NCBI GenBank assembly: GCA_049724395.1
Contig: JAUGWO010000034.1
Span: 124,001 to 187,450 of the forward strand
Direction: 5' to 3'
Source of the DNA: Spongospora subterranea f. sp. subterranea
Lineage: Eukaryota
DNA: 63,450 bases
Below, piece by piece: positions 51,822 through 62,578 of the stretch. The notes under the pieces are model-generated. The model was not told the origin of the DNA and did not search any database. It saw only the letters and a program-made list of their open reading frames with translations. Both the position numbers and the translations under genes were made by a program. The number at the start of each line of letters is the position of its first letter. Position 1 is the first letter of the stretch.

Positions 51822-53778
51822 TTAATGAAATTTGACTCTTTCAGGAGAAGTAATGGGGTTTCCCATTGAATATAGGTGCGATAAATGACAATTGAATGCT
51901 TCCGAAAACGACGACAAGCAGTTGAATCGAACACCATATTCCTCGCAAACTTTCTAATTGAACCAATGAGGCAACCCACTCAAACAAATAAATCAGGCTC
52001 ACCTTTACAATAGGACCGATCGCCGGATAATGGTACTGGCTAATCGCAGGAAACAAATGGTGAACTGTTTGATAATTCAAAGCCCCAGAACTAAAGAAAG
52101 AAGACCAAAAAGAGCATTAAGAGCAAAAACTGAGGATGACGACAAAATCATACAGGTACGTAGTCAAACTGCAACCGTGTGCGTAATCAACTGAGGTCTT
52201 GACCTGAGAAATGGCCCATTCGTCAAGTTCCCCTTCAGATGAAGGGAACTCAGCCTGTGGACTGATATGACTGACTTGGAAATTGTACGCCAAGTACCTA
52301 ATACGAGCGCTGAGAACCGATCCAGCCTTCAAACCGAACGTAGATTTACATTCCAGTTGTCAATTCAGCAATAAAAAACAAGATCAACGTTTGAGTGGTC
52401 GATGCACGACACAAAATAACTGGGATGGCGATACGCCAAAATGCGAACATTGCCTTCGCCGCAATCTACCCAAGGGTGATTAGTTCTTGAGTGCTGAATT
52501 GACAACATAGATCTACCTGCTCTAAAACCTTCGATGGCCCTAGATAGCCAACTCGGTGAGCCCCGTTTGTCTTTTGTACTAACGTACCCAAAATATCCTA
52601 TAACCAAGTTGAAACTGTCGAAAAGCAAACTTCTCTAAAAATCATAAAAAGGGGCAAGTTACCTGGATTCTAAACTTTATTCCCAAAAGAGAGTAGAGGA
52701 CAGGAAGGTATGCAACTTGATAACGATATGGCCACGACCATGACTGTTGGGGTGTAATCCGGCGAAGATCAGACTCAAGGTTTACAGGCAGGTCAGAATC
52801 AACGGTCACGATATTTGTATAGACATGATGCGATATGACATGTTGATGCAGCCAGCTGTAAGATCAAGATTAGTTATAAGCCTTGGTGGGTCTCAGCAAT
52901 TCAGGCGGAACCTATTGAGGGATGCTCCTGCAAAGATGTCCATAACGAAATGCCCAACGAATGTCCACACATTTGGGTTATGCGAAAAGGAAGAATGGGA
53001 AGCCTAAGCAATGATAAGTTTCCTGGCCAAAACCATTTTGCACTTCACAATACATCATGCATGGCATGAAGAAGCATTAGTGATTGAAACACGCCAAATA
53101 TAATAGCGGCAGCACACCTAACTGAGAATGGCGCTGGCAATCCGATGATAAGATGAGATGTTTTTTTTACAAACAGAAACGTACCAGCTCTACTAACGTG
53201 ACAAATGAAATAGCATAGAAATGCGATCATCAACATGGAAAGGAGACGATAGAGACCAGGTCGGGGATCTTTGGGATCCTGACCCGTTGTGATGAAATAA
53301 TCTGCCACTCGTGACCGCATCTCACGATAGAATCCTGTATCGGCTGGAAACACTGGAAATTCGCTCGGGCCTACACGAAAGATTATCGTGCTTAGGTTGC
53401 TGTCAAGTTAATTACAGTGAGGTGACGCGTCTGACCGGATAGTTTGCCAATGTAAAATTGTTGTATGATATGCACTGGAGCATCAGTATTCCAATGATAT
53501 GGACGGAGGATATTAGTGATATCCCGACTAGCACACAGTAGCAATAGATCAACTCCACCCGGGTGGCGAGGAAGAAACTCGGTTATATCATATACGCCTT
53601 CATTATAGATCACCTAACATGCCTTGTTAACCAACCCCATACAGCCATCGCGATGCTCTACCCAGCACGACTCCTTGGTATAATGCTGAGCGACCTCTTG
53701 CCACGTATAACTACCCAAAGCCTGCTTGGCTAGATCTTTGTCTACAATTGCGCTAGAAACCTCTGATTTTTGTGTCAT
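51822..53778 (-). CDS. Front-end fatty acid desaturase with N-terminal cytochrome b5 (delta-5-like), multi-exon
   Basis: YTWQEVAQH...CW; VYDITEFLPRHPGG; GFYREMRSRVADYF; His box HAMHD; HHINIISHHVYTN; DEWAISQVKTSVDY; LNYQTVHHLFPAISQYHYP. Confidence 0.93.
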
Positions 53779-54191
53779 GTTCGTGTCGTGACGATGACAA
53801 TAAGGGACTGAATGACGGTCTGGACTAAACGGTGAAGCGGGTTGCCTCTCCTCTATCACCAGTCCGGCGCATTTTTGTCCAGAGCTTCCTGTTCCAGTTA
53901 CGGACGGTGTAAAGCAGCTTGGACTCCGCTGTTCCTTCATCATTGGGGACAATGTTGAGTAAGAAAACAACACAATTTCTGAGACAATGTTTTCAACGCT
54001 GACAGTCATTGCTGAACATTCATTTATGAACAAACAGCCAAGTCAAGCGACGCATTCTGGATTTCACTGTTGGAGTCTCGTTGAAGTTTCGTGGGGATCA
54101 TCAAGGATCCGATCAAGGCACATTTCGGAAGTCGGTATATAATCTCTGCCAATTGCCATTTGTTTATCAGGGGCGAATGAGGGAAGAATAT

Positions 54192-55590
54192 TGGGGTGAT
54201 AAGTTTCCAGGAGTGATAATTGGTTTTGAAACCTCAGTTGAGGACTACCTACGGGACATTCTATAGTGCGGGGGACGTGGGGACGTGGGGACGCGTCCGC
54301 AGTCCGCAAGCCGTACCTTGGCGCAACGGACTCCACGACAGTCGACACGTCCTGGTCGTCATCGTCGTCACTCGACTCGAAATCTGTGGAATCGTAAGGC
54401 TTGAAATCCGGATCATCACTTAAATTCGTCTGTGCTCACATTGCGGTTGTATCCCGTGTTGCCACATCATCCGTGTTTTCATCACAATTTCGGCCTTATC
54501 TCCCTACAAAGTAATCGCCTTCGCCACGTCCCGCTGATCCTTTCTGGAGTATGAAGTCCTGACGTGTCCCTGCTCGTGACCACGGTAGCACTTCATAGAT
54601 CGCATCGCGCACCCGCAGTCTTTGTAACTGTGGTCGTTGGTCGCGCACGTCCTGCATCGATAACCGATAAGTGGCTTTGCGTTCAGCTGTCCTGTCGTAC
54701 CCGCTCCCATTGTCTTAACGGTTGTCGATCGGCGTCCAGCAGCTGCTCCCGCAGCCGTTCTTTTAGAGACAGCTGCGCAAAAACCGCAGGCGCTCTTCGA
54801 CCGTCAGATCGCGGATCCCGTTCGTAAACATGTAGGTAATTTTCAACAGGGCGCGAGGGTTTTCCGCTATGCTGCCTCGGAATAGATCAACTCGGCCGTT
54901 CCTGACCTTTAACTCGTGGAGGGTCATTTCCAGACGCTCTAGGAAAGCCGTCAACGGTTCCCCGAGTCGCTGGTGAAACCGCAAAAACGGCTTCTTCCAT
55001 TCATCGATTCCAGTCCTCCTGCTCCAACAATCCCTGGATCCGGTCTCGCAGGTGCAAGAGCACCTCTTCGTACGAGTTTTTCGGGAGCATTCGCTCCGCC
55101 GCCGCGATCAGCTCTACAAAAGAGACTTATGACCGATCCTGGTGCGAATCCTGACCTCGACACCCCTTCGATCTTCATGCTCGAGTCTGCGGAACGTCGA
55201 TATGACCATATTTGTCCATTTGACCTCTGCCGACCTCTGCCTCATTCCACGAGTTCGCCACGCACGTTGCCAACTTCGGCTGACGACATTGTCTCACGCT
55301 CACTGAGTTCCGTTGCTCCTGGTAAAGGCTCGGTAGATCCTGTTATCGCTTTGACATCTGGCTCCGCCGCTACCGCCTGAGACGCGGCCGCTTCCATATG
55401 TGCAGCAACCCCTCGAGTCGCTTCGCGAACGTATCCATCACCCTGCAGATTCGTTCTGCTATGCTCGAATACTCGTCAGCTGCTCTTGCAAGCTGGCGCA
55501 CTGTGAGTATTCTGCTGTCTCATCACTCCAGATATAAATTTCCCAATATATGTGGTGCTAATTTTCCAGGAGTGATAATGAGTTTTAGAT
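54192..55590 (-). mobile_element. Internally deleted Ty3/Gypsy element (gag relic) with related LTR-start-like ends
   Basis: QRLGEPLTAFLERLE; FTNGIRD; double Zn knuckle CRTCATNDHSYKDC...CYRGHEQGH; similar ~37-bp segments TG(G/T)GGTG...TTTCCAGGAGTGATAAT at 54192 and 55551. Confidence 0.65.
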
Positions 55591-55892
55591 AGTTGTCTTA
55601 TAGTAGTTGTTAGAATAATGATAAAATTATTATGAGATATTCTGTCGTGAAGGGACCAAGGCCCATTCTCTCTACCATCGCCTCATGTCTAACTAAACGG
55701 TATTGGTACATAAGCTGAGTGAGAGTTTAGATCGTGAAGTTAATATATTGCACATACGATTAAGATTAGCGATAGTTTTTTATATGGCATGTGCGGGCTG
55801 GAGAACTGGTCTTTGCTGTACGACTAAAGCGTTTGTGAGTTTGGGGTTAGCGCCGGTGGTTCTTTTGCGGGCTGTTGGCTTCCGACCTTTGG

Positions 55893-56080
55893 CTTGCTTG
55901 GGACGGACGGCTCGATCGGCTGGCCGCCGTCCTTTCGCGTTTTTTGGGGCCCTCTCCATGAACAATTCAGACTGAGCGACTTTCACTTCCCGTATCTTAA
56001 GAATTGATTGAATGGAGCGATAGTTGGGTCTGCTGTCTTGCTGGGGACGGACGGCTCGGTCAGCTGGCCGTCGTCCTTTC
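55893..56080. repeat. Two 44-bp GC-rich direct repeats (55893-55936, 56037-56080), each able to fold as a hairpin
   Basis: cttgct(t/g)gggacggacggctcg(a/g)tc(g/a)gctggccg(c/t)cgtcctttc; 4 mismatches. Confidence 0.9.
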
Positions 56081-56173
56081 AAACAACAGAATCCGCGCGA
56101 ACCTTGTCTCAATGTGCGGAGACACACCACCGCCATGTTGATGCCAGTGCATCGCGTGTTTTGGCAACTACCC

Positions 56174-56206
56174 AGTTTTGAGAAAGGTCACACCTTTCTC
56201 AAAACT
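56174..56206. repeat. Perfect 15-bp stem hairpin
   Basis: AGTTTTGAGAAAGGT-cac-ACCTTTCTCAAAACT. Confidence 0.95.
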
Positions 56207-56248
56207 AATAGTTAAAAGTTTAAGTCCGTAGCAATAGTGCAGTCAGCT

Positions 56249-56321
56249 CGCTTGGTGACGCAGTTGGCAGCGTGCTGGGCCCATAACCCAGAAGTCCCAT
56301 GATCGAAGCATGGCCGAGCGA
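56249..56321 (+). tRNA. tRNA-Met(CAT), initiator-type, atypical C1:G72
   Basis: Cloverleaf CGCTTGG TG ACGC AGTTGGCA GCGT G CTGGG CCCATAA CCCAG AAGTC CCATG ATCGAAG CATGG CCGAGCG A; followed by a T8 Pol III terminator. Confidence 0.88.
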
Positions 56322-59300
56322 TTTTTTTTCAACCACAGGTTTGGGGCTTTGTAAAATGATTGGTTCAATTTTGATTTGAATTGGAGTGTAAAAATGTCGC
56401 AAGTCAGTTTTCCCTAATTGCTGAGGTTCGTTAGTACAGTATGCACACAATACTTTCTTATTATGTGGGTATCACTTTAAGTGTGTGGCAAAACATTCCC
56501 GAAGTTTTACATTTTATTGTTAACCCTTCTGACAATAGAAAACTATTTGTCATCACTTCCGTCGGAGAGACGCGCGTACAGGAGATCGCATTGATGGACG
56601 GTGAGTGTCCCGGCTAACCCGATGCCGTTACGGGATTCGAGCAAATCTTCTGGTGGCGAGCTTGAAGCCATGGACGCTGAGGCTGCGGTATCGGGCGTCT
56701 CGGGCGCCACGAACGTCTTGATATGATGACCGGCGTATCGGGGATCGGTAATGTCCATGGTTTTGAGCTTCGATCAGACGTACGGACGGCTCGAAGAGGA
56801 TCTCTACTTGGAGCAATTTATGGGTTTTGCCAGGCACGGCCCAAGTGAGGAAAGGCTCGTATTAGAAAGGCCATTTACCTTGCTTAAGCAGGCGGTCGCG
56901 TACTGTGGAGGTTGCTTCATGACGACTGCGCCAGGCTGGATTCGCAGAAACAAACGGCGACCCCGACAAAGACTTGACCGGCACGAAAGTCGTCGCGTGC
57001 GTAAATCTACAGGTCGCTGCCAACAAGTGCTTTTGTAGCCTCGCGCCGTTGTTGGCAGATTGACGGCATGATCGATCTGCACAATCTGCCAGGGTTCTCT
57101 TGCTAGCCCTTCTTCGCACTTCTGTCGTTTCCCTTGCCTGGCGCTGACTGTCATCTTAGCTTGTTGACAGGCCAAACAGTTGCGAACGTATCGCGCCGAG
57201 TTGCATGGAGGTGTGCACCCAGCAATCCGTCGTGAGCCAACTTCAACCGTGCTGGTCGATCATTCACAGGTATGCAGACCTGGAATGTTGCGGTGCGGTC
57301 TCCTGACTTGGCCGTATCCGAACCAACACCTTGTTCTCCTTTAAAACATAGCTCCGCCTCGCGTGATTCAAAGTTCACCTTGTCGATGAGTGGCCGCCAC
57401 GTCTCATCATCCCATTGGCGCTGGCGTAGTGCAGCTGTGGACCGATCCGTCGACTCGACGTTGTTGATTGCCCAACTGACGTCAATGATATCGTCCCTTT
57501 CGTCTTGCGTGACGTCATTGATCAGCGGATCCCCTGCCTCAGGAGTATATCCTTTTAAACGGCTCAGCGCGTCTGCATTGATATTCTCCACGCCTCGATC
57601 ACGATTAGCCTGTTCCGCCGATGCTCGATACGCCTCTGCTGCCGAACGCTCGGCCAGGGTCCATGCAACGCGTAGTCGTCTTCGCAGCCGCTCCAGGTAT
57701 TCTCGCTGAGATGCCGTGCTGTCCTCGGAACCTGACAGTCGTACATGCTCGGTCCGCGTAGGTCCCTGCCGAACTCCAGAAAGTGTGGCGTCTGCCCCGT
57801 CGTCCGACATACTCCCTGTCCATACGCAAACGTGATGTAATTTAGGACCCGATCCCATCTTGCTTGATCTTCTGCTGTCAGCGTCCGAAGGAACGAATTG
57901 AGATACCGATGCGGTCTCTCCGCCATGCCGTTTCCTTGCGCTCGATAGGCCACCGTCATCGCCAGACGAATCCCCAGCATCGCGCACAGTGCCTTCCCTA
58001 ACTCGTTCCGCCACGACGAACTGCGGTCAGCAACTAGCTTTTTGGGAAAACCTTTCGTCAAGAAGATGCCGTTGATAAGCGCCTCCGCCTTCTCTGTCGA
58101 TGACAACGATTTCACCGGGATTTATTGTCGCATGCGTAAAACGACACGTGGCCGTTAACACATGTTTGTAGCCCCGCGACGTCATCGGTAGGCTAACGAC
58201 ATGATCGATATGCACCACCGCCCATGGCTCTCTTGGCGCGTCATCGTCATCGAAGATTTGCCGCCGTCCCTGCTTCGAAGGCGTTGACAACTTGGCCTGT
58301 TGACATGACAAACAATCCCGGACATGTGCCGCCACGTCCCGGCCCATACCCCGGCCAGTAGGCATCCCGACGCAGTCGCTCCAGTGTTCGACGCCACCCA
58401 GATGTGCACACAACAGGCTATCATGGGCCAGTCGGATTCGCTCAATTCTATCGGACGTCGGTATGCAGATCTGCCTCTGCTCCTGATGTCGATCGCTTTC
58501 CGGCTGAATCCTGATGAGGATGCCGTTGCCGTGTAGAACAGTGTTGCCGTCCCTCCGTAAGCCTTGCTTGCCATTCTCGATGCCTTCGATAATGTTGCTC
58601 CAAAGGGGTCCGCCCGTAGCCTTTGCCGCAGCTCCGTCACAACCGATTCCTCCTGCTGCCTTGAGGCGCTGTTGATGGCCCAGCCGCTGTCCACAACGTC
58701 CTCATCGTCATCCAGGTCCTGGCCGTCGTCCGTCTCCACTCCGCCCTCCCTAGGGGATCGCCGGCTCAACGAGTCCGCGTTTTGATTTGCCGCCCCTGGC
58801 TTGTACCTCAACGTGTAGTGGAAACATTCCAAGGCCTCCCAGATCCTGTTTAGCTGAGCATCGTCGTGTTCCCGCCGCAGGAATTCCAAAGGACGATGAC
58901 CGGTTTCAATGACAAAATGCTGTCCCTAGACTACGCAGTCCACATAGTTAGGGCCGGCCAGCACCTTGGCCATCAATCGGCAATAAGTTGCCGGCGCGCA
59001 TCTCAACCCGAAAGGCATGGAGTTCCACTCGAACAGGCTTGTTTCGTGACAAATGCTGTTTTCGGCTTGTCTTCCTCCGCCATCGCCACCTGCCAGTATC
59101 CTGACGCCATATTGAAAACCGAGAACCATTGGGATCCGGACATCGCAGCCAGCGCATCGTCGATTCTTGGCATCGGGTAACCGTCCGATATCGTAACGTC
59201 ATTCAACCTGCGATAATCGATTGCAAACCGATAGGTGCCGTCTTTCTTCCGCGTCAACACAATCCCTGAGGCCCAAGGACTGGTCGATGCGCGAATATGG

Positions 59301-61521
59301 CCTTCCTCAAGAAGCTTCTTAACGGTCTCGTGGACGTGTGACTCCATTGCCGGATGTAGACGTCGTGGCGAGCAGGCGATCGGCTTCGCGTCCGGGATCA
59401 GCGGGATCCTGTGCTCCAGTGTCTCCGTCGTCGATAAACGCTTGCGCCGCGTTTTAAATCGGTCCCTGTTGTCCCGGACCCATTGACGTATTTTCTCTTG
59501 CGTCTGGTAGTCGAACAAACTCCACTCAACATGAATTGCCTCCAGAACCGCCGCCGTTTGTTCGTCTTCTTCCTCTGTCGCACACGCCGCCACTCGGTCA
59601 GCCGATGTCCGAGTTGCTGATCCCACCGTTGTCCCCGCCGGACGCGTTATCGATGAGTCCCCCAGATTCGCCACCAAAGCCCAGACGCGGTCGTCCCGGG
59701 CTTCTGCGAAGCCTTCGGCCAATACCAACTCGCCCTTAGCGCGCCGTAGGTCGACAACCCCGTCCGAGCCCGAGCCTACGTCCAGCTCCACCGTTGCCTG
59801 GTGATCGGGTTGAAGTATAATGTCGGACACCAGCCTCAGCTCCCATATGCCATGCTGTTGCTGTTTGGGTGTCCGAAAAGCCACTTTAACGTCAAGCTCT
59901 TGGAAAGTGACCTTCTCGCCAGCGACATCCACCATCGCGCCCAACTCCGCTAGATATTCGCGTCCCAGTAGCAGATCGCACACCAGGTCGTCGAGTACCA
60001 GGAACCTCCCCGTCCACGGTTGTCCCCCGATGGTCAGCTGCATACTTGCCCAGCCGTCCGCACGAACTTCGTCCCCAACAAAACTGGCCATCGCTGCCGA
60101 TCTGGTCGCCATTGGGCGGATCTCTGCCCCCGCCGCCTCCGCGGCCCGACGTCTGCGCCCGTGTCGACCAACGCTAGGAACGCCCGGCCCCCAACGTCGC
60201 GGTACCACCGCGCTGTTGATGCGCACATGTCCGGGATTGTTTGTCATGTCAACAGTCCAAGTTGTCATCGTCATCGAAGATTTGCCGCCGTCCCTGGTTC
60301 GAAGGCGTTGACAACTTGGACTGTTGACATGACAACAACCCGGCCGTTTGCCGCTTCTTCCTCCGTCCCATACCCGCCAGTAGGCATCCCGACGCAGTCG
60401 CTCCAGTGTTCGACGCCACCCAGATGTGCACGCCAACAGGTTATCATGGGCCAGTCGAATTCGCTCAATTCTATCGGACGTCGGTATGCAGATCTGCCTC
60501 TGCTCCTGATGTCGATCGCTTTCCGGCTGAATCCTGATGAGGATGCCGTTCGACAACCCCGTCCGTGTAGAACAGTGTTGCCGTCCCTCCGTAAGCCTTG
60601 CTTGCCATTCTCGATGCCTTCGATAATGTTGCTCCATAGGGGGTCCGCCCGTAGCCTTTGCCGCAGCTCCGTCACAACCGATTTCTCCTGCTGCCTTGAG
60701 GCGCTGTTGATGGCCCAGCCGCTGTCCACAACGTCTTCATTGTCATCCAGGTCCTGGCCGTCGTCCGTCTTCGCCAGCGACATCCACCATCGCGCCCAAC
60801 TCCGCTAGATATTCGCGTCCCAGTAGCAGATCGCACACCAGGTCGTCGAGTATCAAAAAATTCCCCGTCCACGGTTGTCCCCCGATGATCAGCTGCATAG
60901 TTAACCAGCCGTCCCACGAACTTCGTCCCCAACAAAACTGGCCATCGCTGCCGATCTGGTCGCCATTGCGCGAATCTCTGCCCCCGCCGCCTCCGCGGCC
61001 CGACGTGTGACTATGCTGACGTCTGCGCCCATGTTGACCAACGCTAGGAACGCCCGGCCCCCAATCACCGCGCCTGTTGATGCTCTACCCCAGAAATTTG
61101 CAGGCCCCCCGGATCGAAAGGGCTCGGGGCGGCTGCAGCCGTCCCGCCCCCTCAAGCCGAAGCCTGACAAGGCGCATCTACCTTGGCCGGCACGCCGCCC
61201 GCATATGACCATTCGCACCGCAACTGAAGCATCGTTGGCGCTCTTTCACCCGCGCGCAATCCCTGAAGCTGTGCGCGTTCGTCTCACAGGTCCTGCACCG
61301 GAAGTCCGCCTGCTTGGCCGTCGCGTCCGCCGGCGGAATCGTGGCCGCCCCGACCGTCCTCGGAGGTTTCTTGTCGCCTAGCTGCTCCCGGAGTCTTTCC
61401 TGATAGAGGCAGCTGTGAAGGAACCGCAGCCGCTCCTCCACCGTCAGATCTCGGGCCCGGTTGCTGTACAGGGGAGTCTTCTCCAGTACGTCCCTGGTTC
61501 GCTGCGACAAACTCCCTCGAT

Positions 61522-61764
61522 AAAACTGGCAACATGCTCCGGTGACCCCTGGAAATCGTCAGAGACGGACGTCGTCGTCATGTGGCTGAACATGGCGATC
61601 TCGTCCGTGCGGCGGATGGGGGCGATGGAACGGACCGGGATAGAGCTATGGTATCGCCCCCATAGCTCTATCTGCCGCACGGACGAGATCGCCATGTTCA
61701 GCCACATGACGACGACGTCCGCCTCTGACGATTTCAGGGGTCATCGGAGCATGTTGCCAGTTTT
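61522..61764. repeat. ~240-bp fold-back palindrome within Gypsy gag
   Basis: Arms 61522-61613 and 61674-61764 are near-perfect reverse complements; inner hairpin gatagagctatgg...ccatagctctatc. Confidence 0.9.
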
Positions 61765-62070
61765 GGAAACGTCCTGCCTTGTTCTGCCGACAGCCGATTC
61801 GACCCGTTGCGCCTGGCCCTGCGGCCGTCACTGGCGCCCCGCCCGTTCGCTTCGGGCGACTCAGGATCATAATTGTCGCCATCCTGCTCGCGCTTCACTG
61901 CGGTCGTTGCTGTCGGGCTGGACGGCGACAGCCGGGCTACCAGCTGCTCCATGACCCGCGCGATGCGGTCTTGCTCTGCTTGTAGCTTCTCTATGGCCTC
62001 GCGGCTATGCTCCCGCATTTCCACCAGACTTTGGCGGATCTCATCCATCGTCGTCATTTCGACGCTCCCG

Positions 62071-62192
62071 ATTAATAGATCGGAATATGTGTAGTGCCGT
62101 TACCTTCTGGGAGCAATATTAGTAGTTAGAGGGTGAGGCTTTTGAAAATAAACCAAAGTGGTCGTCTAAAGTACATATTCCGATCTATTAAT
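62071..62192 (-). promoter_or_regulatory. 20-bp perfect inverted repeat linking the PBS position to the LTR interior (candidate self-priming site)
   Basis: attaatagatcggaatatgt (62071-62090) is the exact reverse complement of acatattccgatctattaat (62173-62192); it lies just upstream of the gag ATG at 62057. Confidence 0.6.
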
Positions 62193-62347
62193 GAGAACTT
62201 TTAAATGGGTTCTAACGGCCTTCGTCTCTCAAGAAAGGAGTCACCCCGCTCTTGCGTCTCGGCGTGAATCACGGCCCGTCACCATAGAGTCGAGATGGAG
62301 AATCTGTTTGAGCTAAACAACTTCCCCGCTGCCACCAACAAAAAGAA

Positions 62348-62420
62348 TCGCTCGGCCATGCTTCGATCATGGGACTTCTGGGTTATGGGCCCAGCACGCT
62401 GCCAACTGCGTCACCAAGCG
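62348..62420 (-). tRNA. tRNA-Met(CAT), initiator-type, identical to the copy at 56249
   Basis: Exact reverse complement of 56249-56321; followed on the minus strand by TTCTTTTT. Confidence 0.88.
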
Positions 62421-62578
62421 AACATTGCTGCAATATAAGCAACTACACACTTCTAAGTCACAGTCGGACCTAGATATTATCATTAGTACCCTAATACAAT
62501 CCATTCACTTCTTCTATTGAACTAACAACCGGTGAACCTGTCGTTAGATTAAGAGTCCCAGTTTTGCTCTAGCGCAAG

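Larger units (their letters stand above)
56543..62284 (-). mobile_element. Rearranged, frameshifted Ty3/Gypsy retrotransposon composite (5' LTR, gag, PR, RT, RNase H end, IN) with internal duplications; ends approximate
   Basis: gag from 62057 with CRTCETNAHSFRDC...CFSCGANGHMRAAC; PR ALVDTGADV; RT STSPWASGIVLTRKKDGTYRFAIDYRRLN...MPFGL; YKPGAANQNADSLSR; IN HVRDCLSCQ, PKKLVADR, QGNGMAER; 58324-58740 nearly duplicates 60371-60770. Confidence 0.9.

Noticed and set aside
62381..62395. GGTTATGGGCCCAGC as a half-tRNA-iMet PBS of the Copia element
   Set aside because: It is the antisense of the complete tRNA gene's anticodon arm and is not directly preceded by an LTR end
56248..62421. 76-bp perfect inverted repeat flanking the Gypsy block, initially read as DNA-transposon TIRs
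   Set aside because: The repeat is essentially a tRNA-Met cloverleaf plus terminator Ts; identity stops at the tRNA borders and no transposase lies inside
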